Assembly (NCBI GenBank): GCA_963818475.1
Contig: CAWFSF010000005.1
Span: 480,001-544,000, forward strand
DNA: 64,000 nt
Reading direction: 5' to 3'
DNA from: Nitrospirota bacterium
GTDB lineage: Bacteria; Nitrospirota; UBA9217
Part shown: positions 1 through 10,945 of the stretch, piece after piece
Layout of the letters: the number at the start of each line of letters is the position of its first letter
How positions within the stretch are numbered: the first letter of the stretch is position 1
Translations under genes and position numbers: made by a program
Notes under the pieces: generated by a model
Told to the model about the DNA's origin: nothing
Seen by the model: only the letters and a program-made list of their open reading frames with translations
Database searches by the model: none

Positions 1-54
1 AAAATCCTTCATCCGGGGATAGGGAATGTGGACGTGGATCGGTTCCATCACGGC

Positions 55-339
55 TCAGCTCTTCGACGGGCAGCCGCTTGCAGGACACGCCGCGCCGCAG
101 GAGGGCGCCGGCTTCGGCTCCGCTTTCGATTCTGATGAATCCGCTTGTTTACGGTCGGCTGAAGGATAGTCGGTGGCGTACCAGCCGCTTCCTTTGAGCA
201 CGAACGACGTGGGAGACAGCACCTTGCGCACGCCTTCCGCCTTGCACAGCTGGCAAACGGTCGGGGACGGGTCGCTGAACTTCTGCATCAGCTCAAAGCG
301 GCCGCCGCAGGCACTGCACTCATATTCATATACCGGCAT
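55..339 (-). CDS. FmdB-family zinc-ribbon protein
   Basis: MPVYEYECSACG...CQLC...FVLKGSGWYATDY signature; GGAGG RBS before the ATG at 339. Confidence 0.9.
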   Translation of the reverse strand: MPVYEYECSACGGRFELMQKFSDPSPTVCQLCKAEGVRKVLSPTSFVLKGSGWYATDYPSADRKQADSSESKAEPKPAPSCGAACPASGCPSKS

Positions 340-487
340 GACGTGATCCTCCAAATAAATTTCAGGACTCGCATTATAACCAACCATGGGCATAAAAACA
401 AGACTTTTTCGCAGGATACGGCCGTCTTGACACCGGGAAAGGGTCATGCTATTGTCACACCAGATCCTTTGTGCGGGGTGGTCCTTC

Positions 488-877
488 ATGACGCGTCATG
501 CTTCCCTATGCAGCATCCGCCTGATCCTCCTGCTCTTCCTGTGCACACCGGGTTGCGCAGGAGTTGCAAGAACGGAGGCCTTCAGACTGCCGGCGATCAA
601 GCAGGACTGTACGACCTGCCATGGTTCCCACCGGAAGGACAACGGAACGCTGCCCCTTAAAAAACCGCTTGCCGAGCTCTGCATCGAATGCCACCCTGAA
701 AGAATGGCGCCGGCAGAGCACAAGGTCGGCATCATTCCCTCCATGAACACGGGAACGCTTCCGCTCGCGGACAACAAACTCACCTGCATTACCTGCCACG
801 ATCCGCACTCCAACCGCTACGGCCGTATGCTTCGCGTCCCGGCACAAGACCTCTGCCAGCGCTGCCACCTGCAATAG
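488..877 (+). CDS. Periplasmic tetraheme cytochrome c (doubled CXXCH / c3-like)
   Basis: Four CxxCH motifs (CTTCH, CIECH, CITCHDPH, CQRCH) after a hydrophobic leader; start uncertain (446 or 488). Confidence 0.85.
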   Translation: MTRHASLCSIRLILLLFLCTPGCAGVARTEAFRLPAIKQDCTTCHGSHRKDNGTLPLKKPLAELCIECHPERMAPAEHKVGIIPSMNTGTLPLADNKLTCITCHDPHSNRYGRMLRVPAQDLCQRCHLQ

Positions 878-997
878 ATCTCCCGGCGAAAAATCACATG
901 AGTCCTTTGTTGCTGCAGAACAAAGGGCTGTTTTATTGTCTCTTCCGGCTTTAAAAAACATGCTGAAGAAAAGCGTTATCACGGATGTTCCACTCAT

Positions 998-1026
998 TTG
1001 ACACTTTGCGGAAACTTTGATAGGCT
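998..1026 (+). promoter_or_regulatory. sigma70-type promoter for the HPF-CSD gene
   Basis: TTGACA-17 nt-TAGGCT upstream of the ATG at 1082. Confidence 0.6.
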
Positions 1027-1081
1027 TAAATCAGGATTACCCGACACAACAGGACGAACAGGAAAGGACTAGGGTGAGCAT

Positions 1082-1636
1082 ATGATCCTCGAACCGAAAA
1101 TCACCATAAAGGATTTTCCACCTTCAGAAGCACTAACAGCCAGGATACAGGAGCGGGTCGCAAAGCTGGACCAGTTCTACAACCGGATCACCGCCTGCAG
1201 AGTGACCCTCGAGCAGTCGCAACGGCGCCACCATCAGGGCAAGCTGTTCAATGTCAGGATCGACCTCACTGTACCGGGTTCTGAGATCGTAGTCAATCGG
1301 GATGAGCATGAAGACCCTTATGTTGTGATCAGAGACGCTTTCGATGCACTGGAGCGGAAACTGGAAAGCTATGTCAGAAAGCAGCGAGGCGAGGTTAAAG
1401 CCCATGTCGAAGTTCCGCTCGGCAGGGTGACCAAGCTCTTTCCGGAACGGGACTACGGATTCATCGAGACAACAGACGGGCGAGAGCTGTACTTTCACCG
1501 CAACAGCGTGCTCGAACCCGATTTCGAGAGCCTGCATATCGGGAGCGCAGTGACGTTCCTGGAGGAGCAAGGCAGCAAAGGGCCGCAGGCAACACGGATC
1601 GTGATGACGCACCAGCAGGTTCCCGCGCCTGTTTAA
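1082..1636 (+). CDS. HPF/RaiA ribosome-associated protein fused to a cold-shock domain
   Basis: N-terminal HPF-like region (ITACRVTLE...DPYVVIRDAFDALERKL); C-terminal CSD (DYGFIET.DG.ELYFHRNSV). Confidence 0.9.
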   Translation: MILEPKITIKDFPPSEALTARIQERVAKLDQFYNRITACRVTLEQSQRRHHQGKLFNVRIDLTVPGSEIVVNRDEHEDPYVVIRDAFDALERKLESYVRKQRGEVKAHVEVPLGRVTKLFPERDYGFIETTDGRELYFHRNSVLEPDFESLHIGSAVTFLEEQGSKGPQATRIVMTHQQVPAPV

Positions 1637-1665
1637 AAAAAACCATTTACCCCCTGCCTATCGTC

Positions 1666-1700
1666 TCCTCACCCTGCCCTCGCCCTCGAGGGAGAGTGGA
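1666..1700. repeat. REP-like palindrome between convergent genes
   Basis: ctcctcaccctgccctcgccctcgagggagagtgg, resembling the widespread CCCTCACCC...CTCTCCC-NN-GGGAGAGGG intergenic palindrome. Confidence 0.45.
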
Positions 1701-1774
1701 AGATGAGGAGTATTGATTTGTCTTCGTGCCAACTCGTCTGCATGGATGTTGCATCCGCCTGTATCAGAAACGTA

Positions 1775-2730
1775 TCAGATATTTCCTGAGCCAAGTGCTT
1801 TTTTATGTTTATTCAGCTCCTTCACCAGATGAAAGCTGCTGCTCCGCATGAGCGGTTCTTTTGCCTGGTCAGGGTGCTGTTCATAAAGAAGCCCTCGCCT
1901 GCCCTCGAGCAGCGCGTCATTACTTCCCAGAAAGCCGGCCATGGTCACCACTTTTTTGCCGGCAGCTTCCGCCTTGGCATACACATCACGGATCTCATCC
2001 TTCCAGTTCTTATCCCGCAGCAGGTGGTGGTCGATGATCAGCGTTTCCAGCTTCGGCATCTCCAGAAGCCTGTTGATATTGAGATGGACGTGCGGAGATC
2101 GTCGAGGCTGAATCCCTGGCCGAGCATATACGTAAGCGGTCCGTCGAGGTAGAGCGTATCCGGTTCTTCCGAAAGGATGAACTGCATATGCTCATCGCGG
2201 CATGCTCCCACGATGTCGGAGCTGTACAGAAAGCATGAGGCTCCTTCCCTGACCGAGGCTTCGACGACCCAGCCCACCGTGGTATCCGGTCCGTGCGGCA
2301 CAGCCGGGGAAAAACGTAGGGAGGTACTGCCAAACTCGAACATGCGGTCATCGGCAAATTCGACCCGCCGCGGAAGGGTCCGGTAGCTCCTGACCAGTTC
2401 CCGCGCCCGTTCGCGCTGGCTCGCATTGATGGTCTCTGAGGGGTGCTTGATCAGGAGCACCTTGTTGTTAAAAACGATCGGCTCGGTGGGGTCGAAATGG
2501 TCAAAGTGGAAATGGGTAATGACGAGAATGTCGGCACGGGCTGCTTGGTCCTTGATCAGGCGCCAGCGCTCGTTCATGGCCCTGATCTCGAGCGGATGCG
2601 GCGCAAGGCCGGAGCGCGAGGGAGCAAGCGAGACGCCGGGATCGATCAGGATCTTGACATCCGCGGTCTCGATGAAAAATGCGGAACTGCGGACACCGAA
2701 GGATTCAGCTGCAAGGGGGGTAATGATCAT
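1775..2730 (-). CDS. MBL-fold metallo-hydrolase (UPF0282-like), frameshift near 2060
   Basis: AAESFGVRS...IDPGVSLAP...THFHFDH and DHHLLRD motifs across ORFs 2038..2730 and 1775..2059. Confidence 0.85.
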
Positions 2731-2743
2731 TTTGTTTCTTTAT

Positions 2744-2957
2744 TCCAAAAACGGCAGTTGCCCGCAGATGACCAACAGTAGGCGCTTCTAAGCGACGCAG
2801 ATTTACGCGGATAAACCAGGCATTCAAAAAAAAGACCATCAACCACAAAGGTGAGTATTTTTGTACCCGACAAGTTTTGATATCTGTCTTTACATTTCTT
2901 GATTTGCTTTTATCCGCGTTTATCAGATGTTATCCGCGTCCAAAAGTTTTTTTCAAG
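2744..2957 (+). repeat. Dispersed MITE-like repeat, copy A
   Basis: ccaaaaacggcag...cgcagatttacgcggataa...ggtgagt...tatccgcgtttatcagatgttatccgcgtccaaaa; similar to 19838-20009 and to the reverse complement of 7423-7600. Confidence 0.65.
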
Positions 2958-2958
2958 T

Positions 2959-3697
2959 TTACTGCAATTCCTTCAGCAGCTCGATGCTCTGCCCCATCCC
3001 CTCTTCCGACGCGTCCAGTTCGAGGATAACCTGAAGGCCTTTTTTTCTTTTGATGAGCGCTTTCAGCGCATCGATCTCGCGGCATTCCGGCACCAGCGGC
3101 CAATGGTCCTTGATGCCGTACCGCTCTTCCGCCTTATGGTGTATATGCACAAAGCGCACCCGCTCGGCAAGGCGCTCCGGCATGGTGTCGATGAAGGAGA
3201 TCGAATCGATGTCCGCTGATTCCAGATGGCCGATGTCGATCGTGATCGAGACACTCTTCGGCGCCTGCAGCACGAAGCGCTCCCAGAACCAGGTCGCGTC
3301 GCCGGAGTTAAAGGCATTCTCGACCGAGATCGGGCAGAGGCTGCTCAGGGAGAACAGGTTCTCCTCGAACTGGGCCTCTTCTGCCACTGACAGCCTTCTG
3401 CCGTCAGCGCCGCCTTCGTCGTGAATGATGATGCCGAGGTCGCTTGCCGCAGCAAGCCTGCGCATCACGCCCAAGCGTCTGCTTCGCCTGCCCACCCGTC
3501 AGGGGGTACTCGAGGGGATGAAAGACCGTGCGAATACCGCGCGCTTTGCACACAGCTGCGATCTCGATGGCCTCCGTGACCGCCTGGTCCCCTTCAGCCA
3601 CTCCCCAGGCGGCCGCACGCCAGAGCGATATCTGGGCAAGCATAAGCGGCTGTATTCCAACGTCACCTGGCCGCACGATACGATAACCTAGCTGCAT
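2959..3697 (-). CDS. Xylose-isomerase/AP-endonuclease-like TIM-barrel protein, frameshift near 3480
   Basis: Metal-ligand pattern VFHP / IIHD / SVEN / IDIGH / VHIHH / DHWP / ILE joined across two frames. Confidence 0.55.
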
Positions 3698-3755
3698 ATA
3701 CGATTGACCCTCACTGAGGTTTTTCATTCCGCATTCCGCAATCCGAAATCCGCAT

Positions 3756-5388
3756 TTACGCTGCACCCGGTCCCCGGCCTTGATCCCCGATCCTGCTGCG
3801 GTCTCTACGACCCATTTGATCGCCTGGCCGGACGGATAGAGGTCCCGGCTGCCGGGCCTGCGGTCCGCATAGGTCCGGACCACCTTCTCATCAGGCCCGA
3901 CGAAGATGATATCTATTGCGTAGGAAACGCTTCCCATCCAGAAACTGACCTCCTCAGGCTTGTCGAAGATGAACAGCGCGGCCTCATCGGCCCGAAGCGT
4001 TCGGAAGCCCTGCAACCCTCTGGTCCGCAATTGCGTGGTATCGCACAGGAGCACCACACGGAAGGTCCGTTGGGCCCGGACGGACCTGAGGGCACCACCG
4101 TCACGGTCAGCTGTTTTTCCAGAGCGTTAACGACAGGAATTTCTGCGCCCTGCGCCATCTTCACCTCGATGGCCAAGTACCAGGATGCCGACCACAATGG
4201 TCGCTGCCGTGATCAGCGCCCCGGCACGGAAGTATTCCATGAACCCGATCTCGATCCGTTTCCTGGCCTGCTGCGCTACGATGAGATTCGCCACCGACCC
4301 GATGAGCGTGAAGTTCCCTGCCAGCGTACTGCTCATGGCCAGGGCAAGCCAGAGGAAATGATCGCTGCCGAGCGACAGCATGAGCGGCTTCAGCAGCATC
4401 ACCGCCGGAACGTTGCTCACGAGGTTCGACAGGACCACGGATATCGCCGACAGTCCTGCGATCCTGCCGATAGGCGAAAGCGCCTGGAGGTCGCCGGCCT
4501 TCCCGATGAGCAACAGCGGCAAGCCCCGACACCTCCACACCGCGCATCACGATGAACAGGCCGGCGAAAAAGAGCAGGAGCGTCCAGTCCACCCCTTCCA
4601 GGATCCGCTCCGTGCGGATCCCGCCGATCAGCAGCAGCACGACCGCCCCGGCTATGGCGGTAAGCGAATAGGGATAGCCCAGCGAGAACGCCGACCAGTA
4701 TCGCCGCACAGACCAAAAGCGCCCTGACAAGCAAAGGTTTATTGACCTCATACACCGGCATGGCAGGTCGCGTGGAGAACGCGTCAGGCCTCATCTCCTT
4801 CCGGTACAGGAACCAGATGACGGCCACGCTTATGGCGAGACCTGCGATGGCAACGGGAAAGAGCGCAGCCAGAAAGGTCAGATAGGGGATCTGTGAGTAG
4901 ATGCCGATGAGCATGTTCTGGGGATTGCCGGTCACGGTCATGACGCTGCCGATGTTCGATGCTGTAGCCAGCGCGAGCAAATAGGGCATGGGATTTACGC
5001 CGAGCTGGATCGTTATGGCCAGGACGATCGGCGTATAGAGCAGGCAGATGGTATCGTTCACGAACAGGGCCGAGAGCAGCCCTGCCGAGAGGGCGATGAA
5101 GACAAGGAGCTGGAGCGGCGTGCGGGAGCGCGAAAGGATCTTGTCTGCCATGAGCTCGAAGAACCCGGCGGCCCGGAGATAGACCGTGATGATCATCATG
5201 CCGAGCAGGAGCAGCAGCGTGTGCAGATCAACCGCGCTGAAGGCCTGGTCAAGGGTCAGGACGCCGAAGACGACCATCAGCACGGCGCCGACCAGGGCGC
5301 CTGCCGGCCGGTCGATATGCACCCGCGGGATCTGGCGCAGGCCGATGAATATATAGGTGATGATGAAGATGACCAGCGCGGTTAACAC
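3756..5388 (-). CDS. ArsB/NhaD/CitMHS-family anion permease with apparent C-terminal DUF192 domain (several indels)
   Basis: DRPAGALVGA, FVNDTIC, ASNIGSVMTVTGNPQN, SNLVSNVPAV, STLAGNFTLIGSVANLIV; then DUF192 motifs RGLQGF...LFIF...FWMGSV...IDIIF...VVET. Confidence 0.75.
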
Positions 5389-5494
5389 GGCCGTCAGTGT
5401 ACCATGGAAGCGGGTGAGGAGTCCAGCGGGAGTGAAGATTGGCCATTAAGGAAGGATTTGCAGTTCAGCTAAAAACGCTTTATACTACAGCCTC

Positions 5495-6142
5495 ATGAGA
5501 AAATCGTTCGCTCGACATATCCTGTACCTGATAGCACTGGTACTGCTCTCTCCCGCCATGGCAAACAGTGCGACCGCCGCTTCGGTTCTTCACGATTTCA
5601 AAAGCGACGGATGCAGCCTCTTCCCTGACGGGAACCTGGAGCATCGGGAGCTGTGGTGCGACTGCTGCTTTGCGCACGATATCGCCTACTGGCAGGGCGG
5701 CACGCAAAAGGAACGCAAGCAGGCGGATGAGACGCTTCGTGACTGCGTCATCGACCGCACGCAGAACAAGGCGCTGGCAGACCTGATGTATGATGGCGTC
5801 CGTACAGGCGGCCATCCCGCGTTCCCGACCTGGTATCGCTGGGCCTATGGCTGGAGCTATGGACGGGGTTACAAGCCGCTCACGGAAGAGGAACAGCAAC
5901 AGTCGAGGGAAAAGCTTGATCAGTTTTTCAAAAAACACCCCGACGGATATTGCGGGAACCGATCAAACCAAAAAACGAGCGATGAATGGAGGGCGGCCAT
6001 GACAACAAGCATCAATGATGAACCGCTTGACCATTCTGCTGGTCCTGTTATGTGTCACGACCCTCTCTGCGGCATCGCCCCAGACCCGGCCCGAAACATG
6101 GGCACAACCGTTAGCGACCAAAAGCCTGAAGAATTTCTATAA
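5495..6142 (+). CDS. Secreted Cys-rich protein with a phospholipase A2-like motif; true end probably near 6000
   Basis: Signal peptide; SDGCS...CCFAHDIAYW...AD..LRDC; ORF tail overlaps the next gene. Confidence 0.6.
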   Translation: MRKSFARHILYLIALVLLSPAMANSATAASVLHDFKSDGCSLFPDGNLEHRELWCDCCFAHDIAYWQGGTQKERKQADETLRDCVIDRTQNKALADLMYDGVRTGGHPAFPTWYRWAYGWSYGRGYKPLTEEEQQQSREKLDQFFKKHPDGYCGNRSNQKTSDEWRAAMTTSINDEPLDHSAGPVMCHDPLCGIAPDPARNMGTTVSDQKPEEFL

Positions 6143-6575
6143 GCTGGACGATCATGTGTACCGTTCAGCCCAGCCGGATGAAGAAGGATTTGCATATCTC
6201 CAGGCCCTCGGCGTGAAGAACATCCTCAATTTGCGTGACAACCATAAGGATGATCCGGGACCTAATAAACCCGGCCTGAACCTCTACCGCGTTCCCATGG
6301 ATGCAGGCAAGATCCAAGCTGCTGATGTTATTGCGGCCCTCCGCTTCATCAAACAGTCCGAAGGCCCTGTGCTTATCCATTGCTGGCACGGCTCCGACCG
6401 CACAGGAACGATCAGCGCCCTGTACCGGATCGTGTTCCAGAACTGGTCAAAGGAGGAAGCCCTCGACGAATTGATGCATGGCGGATTCGGGTATCACTCG
6501 ATCTACAAGAACATCCCGGAATTCATCAGACAGGCCGACATCATGAAGATCAAGCAGACGGTGTTCGCGCCCTAA
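6015..6575 (+). CDS. Secreted dual-specificity/tyrosine phosphatase family protein
   Basis: YRSAQP, HCWHGSDRTG (CX5R) active site, N-terminal signal peptide. Confidence 0.88.
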   Translation: MMNRLTILLVLLCVTTLSAASPQTRPETWAQPLATKSLKNFYKLDDHVYRSAQPDEEGFAYLQALGVKNILNLRDNHKDDPGPNKPGLNLYRVPMDAGKIQAADVIAALRFIKQSEGPVLIHCWHGSDRTGTISALYRIVFQNWSKEEALDELMHGGFGYHSIYKNIPEFIRQADIMKIKQTVFAP

Positions 6576-6633
6576 GCTGCACCTTTTGTTCTGTCGCCCC
6601 AATTATTGTTGAAGAAGGTAATTTCTCACCTCC

Positions 6634-7425
6634 ATGATCTACGAACTGTATGCATACTTAACGACGCCCTGCCCGCAATACATCCGGCACATGGACTACC
6701 TCTCTGAAGCAAATGCCATGAAAAGCAGGTACGAACGCAACCGGACCGCGTGGCAGCCCCACTTGGAGCAAACTCGCCAGGCCATTCTGTCTGCTGCCGC
6801 AGAAAACAGGAACCGAAGCAAAGTTGTCATTCTCGGTTCCGGACTGCTACTCGACGTACCGCTCAACGAGCTGTCATCGATGTTTCACGAGGTAGTGCTG
6901 CTGGACATCGTTTTTTTGCCGGAAGTATACAAACGCGTCAGGCAATACGGGAATGTGAGACTCGTTCAGCATGATGTGACGAACATGGCACAGAAACTTT
7001 ACGAGAACATCCGATCGGGACAAACTGAACTCCCGAATGCGGCGCCATCACTTGCCGAAATTGATGAAACGACCGGACTCGTCGTCTCACTGAACCTCCT
7101 TTCCCAGCTGTGGGTCATGCCGCGCACCTACGCGCTCAAGAAGCTGCGCAGCCTGAATGAGGAGAATGTCGATGACTGGTGCAGACAGATTACGAATTCA
7201 CACTATGCATTTTTGCAATCGCTGGCCTGTCCTGTCTGCCTTATTGCTGACCATGAATTCGTTAAACGCGATCGGGAAGGCTGGATCGTCAGCCAGGGAT
7301 CGACCATAGCAGGCTTGGCACTACCTGAGCCGGAGGTCTCCTGGACATGGAACATCGTGCCCCTGGGGGGAAAAGACCGGTTTCTTTCAAAAGAGCTGAA
7401 GGTTGGCGTGTGGCAGATGCGATGA
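6634..7425 (+). CDS. Conserved hypothetical protein with a Rossmann/SAM-like motif
   Basis: 263-aa ORF; VVILGSGLLLDVP...VLLDI...HDVT. Confidence 0.65.
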   Translation: MIYELYAYLTTPCPQYIRHMDYLSEANAMKSRYERNRTAWQPHLEQTRQAILSAAAENRNRSKVVILGSGLLLDVPLNELSSMFHEVVLLDIVFLPEVYKRVRQYGNVRLVQHDVTNMAQKLYENIRSGQTELPNAAPSLAEIDETTGLVVSLNLLSQLWVMPRTYALKKLRSLNEENVDDWCRQITNSHYAFLQSLACPVCLIADHEFVKRDREGWIVSQGSTIAGLALPEPEVSWTWNIVPLGGKDRFLSKELKVGVWQMR

Positions 7426-7600
7426 ACCTGAAAAGAAATTTTGGACGCAGATAAAATCTGATGAACGCGGATAAGTGCAAACAGTAAATCTTTTTTGATT
7501 CTAAGGAGACTCCCCGTCGCAGTGAAGGTGCTTCTTCCTGAATGCTTGGCTTATCTGCGACGATCTGCGTCCATCTGCGTCCAACTACCGTTGTTAGGTT
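7423..7600 (-). repeat. Dispersed MITE-like repeat, copy B (inverted)
   Basis: Reverse complement aligns by eye with 19838-20009 (ttagaatcaaaaa, gcgttcatcagattttatctgcgtccaaa...ggttca). Confidence 0.7.
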
Positions 7601-7656
7601 TATCCGCCCTTATCCGACGTTTCCGCCTCCTTCCGCGTCCAAAGGTTTTTTATCAT

Positions 7657-7700
7657 AAAAAAAGGCCGCTCCCCACGCATCTCTGCGCTCGGAGCGGCCT
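7657..7700 (-). terminator. Rho-independent terminator of the rpsA-like gene
   Basis: aggccgctcc...ggagcggcct stem followed by a T-run on the minus strand. Confidence 0.7.
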
Positions 7701-7717
7701 CGTAACGATCACTGTTC

Positions 7718-8929
7718 TTACTTTTCCTTCTGGTCCATCTTCGCCTTCAGCATGTCGCCAAGCGATCCCATGTTCTGCGGCGCATCAACGTTCTGCTTTT
7801 TGTAATCCTTGACCGTATCTGCTTCTTCCTGCTCTGCGCGGCTGATCGATGCAAGCGAGAGCGAAAGCTTTCTGTTCGCACGGTCCACGGCCTCGATCCG
7901 CACTTCGATGACCTGCCCTTCCTTCACCACTTCACGGGGATGGGCGATCCGCTTTCCCCGCCGCCCAGCTTCGAGATATGGATCAGCCCGTCCAGGCCTT
8001 CGGCCAGCGTCACAAAGGCGCCGAAGGTGGCAAGGCGGGAGACCGTCCCGGTGTGGTAGGAGCCGATCGGGTAGGTGTTCACCACCTGCTCCCAGGGATC
8101 GGGCAGCGCGTCCTTCAGGCTGAAGGAGAACCGGTCCTTTTCCCAGTCGATCTTCTTGACGATCACGTCCACCTGCTGGCCCACGGACAGGATGTCGCTG
8201 ACCTTCTCGGTCCTGGTCCAGGCGATCTCGGAGATCGGCAGCAGCCCTTCCAGGCCGCCGATGTCGACGAATGCGCCGAAGCTCTGGATGGAGGTCACGG
8301 TGCCGCGGAGCTTGGCGCCCTCCTGCAGCGTCTCTCTCCAGGCCTGCTTTCTTGACCTTCTTCTCCTCGTCCAGGAGCGGCCTGCGGGACAGAACGATGT
8401 TCCGTCCGTTCTCGGCGAACTCGATGATCTTGAAGGGGAGCGTCTTGCCCACGTAGTCGGCCTGCTTCTCGTCGCGCCGTACGCCCATCTGGGAGAAGGG
8501 GCAGAAGGCGCGCGCGGTGCCGCCGATCTTGACCTCGAAGCCGCCCTTCATTTCCTTCACAACGTGGCCGTCAACAGGAAGACCGTTCTTCCAGGCATCC
8601 TCGAACTGCGACTGCTTGCCCGGGCCGGACCCGATCTTCGTGGTAAAGTGCATCTCGTTATTGCTGGTGTTGACGAAATAGACGCGGACCGTATCGCCTT
8701 CCTTGACCGTCAGCTTGCCCTCGGCATCGACCAGTTCCTTCCGGTCCAGGTAGCCCTCGCCTTTTCCTCCCAGGTCGAGGAATATCCATTCTCCCGAGAT
8801 CTTGACGATCATGCTCTCGATCATCTGGCCGGGCGAAAGCCGCTCCTGCTTTTTGAAGCTCTTTTCGAACATGTCGGCGAAGTTCTCTTCGCCCTCTGCT
8901 GCGTGTGCTGCCTGGTCGTTGGTATCCAT
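7718..8929 (-). CDS. rpsA: 30S ribosomal protein S1 (short form, about 4 S1 domains), compensating indels
   Basis: S1 repeats (AFCPFSQM; SIQSFGAFVDIGGLEGLLPISEI; LATFGAFVTLAEGLDGLIHISKL); C-terminal MGSLGDMLK. Confidence 0.85.
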   Translation of the reverse strand: MDTNDQAAHAAEGEENFADMFEKSFKKQERLSPGQMIESMIVKISGEWIFLDLGGKGEGYLDRKELVDAEGKLTVKEGDTVRVYFVNTSNNEMHFTTKIGSGPGKQSQFEDAWKNGLPVDGHVVKEMKGGFEVKIGGTARAFCPFSQMGVRRDEKQADYVGKTLPFKIIEFAENGRNIVLSRRPLLDEEKKVKKAGLERDAAGGRQAPRHRDLHPELRRIRRHRRPGRAAADLRDRLDQDREGQRHPVRGPAGGRDRQEDRLGKGPVLLQPEGRAARSLGAGGEHLPDRLLPHRDGLPPCHLRRLCDAGRRPGRADPYLEAGRRGKRIAHPREVVKEGQVIEVRIEAVDRANRKLSLSLASISRAEQEEADTVKDYKKQNVDAPQNMGSLGDMLKAKMDQKEK

Positions 8930-8948
8930 AAAGTCCCCTTCTTTTTAG

Positions 8949-9060
8949 AAATTTCAAATTACAAATCTCAAATAACAAACAATATTCAATAACCAAACGT
9001 TTGGAACTTGGAGCTCTGGTTATCTATTTGTTCTTTGGTGCTTGTTATTTGGTGCTTACC
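8949..9060. repeat. 7-mer periodic palindromic intergenic element
   Basis: (CAAATNN)n arm, central aaacgttt, (TTG/TTTGG)n arm; homologous to 14336-14467. Confidence 0.65.
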
Positions 9061-9063
9061 TAA

Positions 9064-10385
9064 TCAGGCGTTCCCCATCAGATCGTACTCCGCGGCGTCG
9101 GTGATCGTCACGTCCACGAAGTCGCCCGGTTCGGCGTCGGTCTCGGAAAGATAGACGACACCGTCGATCTCCGGCGCCTGCGTCTGCAGCCTGCCGATGA
9201 GCGCCATGTCCTCCATGTCGTCGACCAGCACGCGCTGCCGCGTGCCGATGAGGGCGCGGTTCTTTTTGAGCGAGATCTTCGCCTGGGCCTTCATGATCCG
9301 GTCGAGCCGGTCGGCGGCGACGTCAGCCGGCACCGGCGCTGCAAGATCATGGGCCGCGGTGCCCTCTTCGGGAGAATAGGTGAAGACCCCGAGGTGCTCG
9401 AACTCCGCTTCCTTCACATAGGCGAGCAGCCGCTTGAACGCCGCCTCGGTCTCGCCGGGAAATCCCACAATGAGCGAGGTGCGGAGCGCAATGCCCGGCA
9501 CGCGCTTTCGGAGCTGCTCGATCGTCTTCCGGATGTCCTCCGACGTGCCTGCGCCGGTTCATGGCCGCAAGCACCTTGTCGTCGAAATGCTGGATCGGGA
9601 TGTCCAGGTACTTGCAGATCTTCTCTTCCCCGGCCAGGACGTCCATGAGCTCTTTGCTGATCCTGCCCGGATAGGCGTACATCAGCCGGAGCCACTCGAT
9701 CCCCGCGCACCCTGACCAGGCGCTTCAAGAGCGCGACGAGGTCGGTCCTCACGGTCGCGGTAGGCCGTCGAATCCTGGGCCAGCAGGATGAGCTCCTTTG
9801 CGCCCTCGCCAGCAAGCAGCTTTGCCTCTTCGATGATCGAAGCCGGCAGGCCGGCTCGTAAAATTCCCGCGGATGATCGGGATGGCACAGTAGGAACAGC
9901 GGTTGCTGCATCCTTCGGCGATCTTGAGATAGCGGTAATGGCGCGGCGTCGTGCTGATGCGGGGAAGGCCGTAGACCATGGCCGGCGGACGAAACGCTCG
10001 AGCATGCTGCCTTTTCTTGCCAGCGCCGTCTGCGCAGATCTCGCCGATGCGGCCGATCTCCGCCGTGCCGATGATCGCATCGGCCTCGGGCAGTTCTTTT
10101 CGCAGTTCATCCCTGTACCGCTGGGCAAGACAGCCGGCCACGATCACCTTCGTGCACGTGCCCCGCTGCTTCATGCTTGCCGCTTCGAGGATCGCCTCGA
10201 TGGACTCCTCTTTGGCGGACTCGATGAAGCCGCAGGTGTTCACCACGATCACGTCCGCCTCGTCCTGGTCCGCGGTGATCTCGTAACCCGAGCCTGCCAG
10301 CACGCCGAGCATCTGCTCGGCATCCACCTGGTTCTTGGGGCAGCCCAGGCTGACCATGCCTATTTTGTATGATTTCTTTGGACAC
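9064..10385 (-). CDS. rimO: Ribosomal protein S12 methylthiotransferase RimO (several indels)
   Basis: SLGCPKNQVDAE, VNTCGFIESAKEESI, KIAEGCSNRCSYCAIP, YLDIPIQH, IVGFPGET, QAPEIDG TRAM domain. Confidence 0.92.
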
Positions 10386-10472
10386 TCTGTTCTGTACGTG
10401 GATCGCCAGCCAATTACTATACCACCCTGACCGCTGAAAAACAACGGGGAACTTAAGCGACAACGAAGAACC

Positions 10473-10945
10473 TTAGAACCCGCCTGACATGGCCAGAAAG
10501 CTCGCCAGTCTTTTCATTCGTTTCCCGGAGGCGCTTCGACAGTGTTTTGGTGAACGCCCAGAGGATCTTGTATCCCAGCTCGCGGTCCATGATCAGCATC
10601 TTGTCCAGGTCGGCCTTGTTGATGGCCAGGACCGCCACATCGGCGTTGGCGATGGCATGAGCGGAGCGGGGAAATTTGTCGATCAGCGCCATCTCGCCGA
10701 AGTAGTCGCCCGGCTTGAGCACGGCCAGCGCTTCTTCACCGATGTTCGGGATGAATTTGCTGATCCGTACATCGCCGTTGGTGATCACGTAGCAGCGGTC
10801 GCCGGGATCGCCTTCCTTGAAGATCACCGCGTCCCTGGCAAAGGCCTCCATGGTGGATATTTTCTCTATCTTTTCCAGCTCCGGCGTGGAGAGATTTTCG
10901 AACAGACGTCACTTTTCTGAGAAATTCGAGCATATCCGCCTCCAT
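10473..10945 (-). CDS. Cyclic nucleotide-binding domain protein (indels)
   Basis: IFKEGDPGD...GDYFGEMALID..PRSA; TGATG coupling to yraN. Confidence 0.85.

Noticed and set aside
3404-4057. Single 217-aa ORF fusing DUF192 to the TIM-barrel protein
   Set aside because: The junction translates the heptamer repeat (CGFRIAECGMKN); likely read-through caused by an indel near the DUF192 stop
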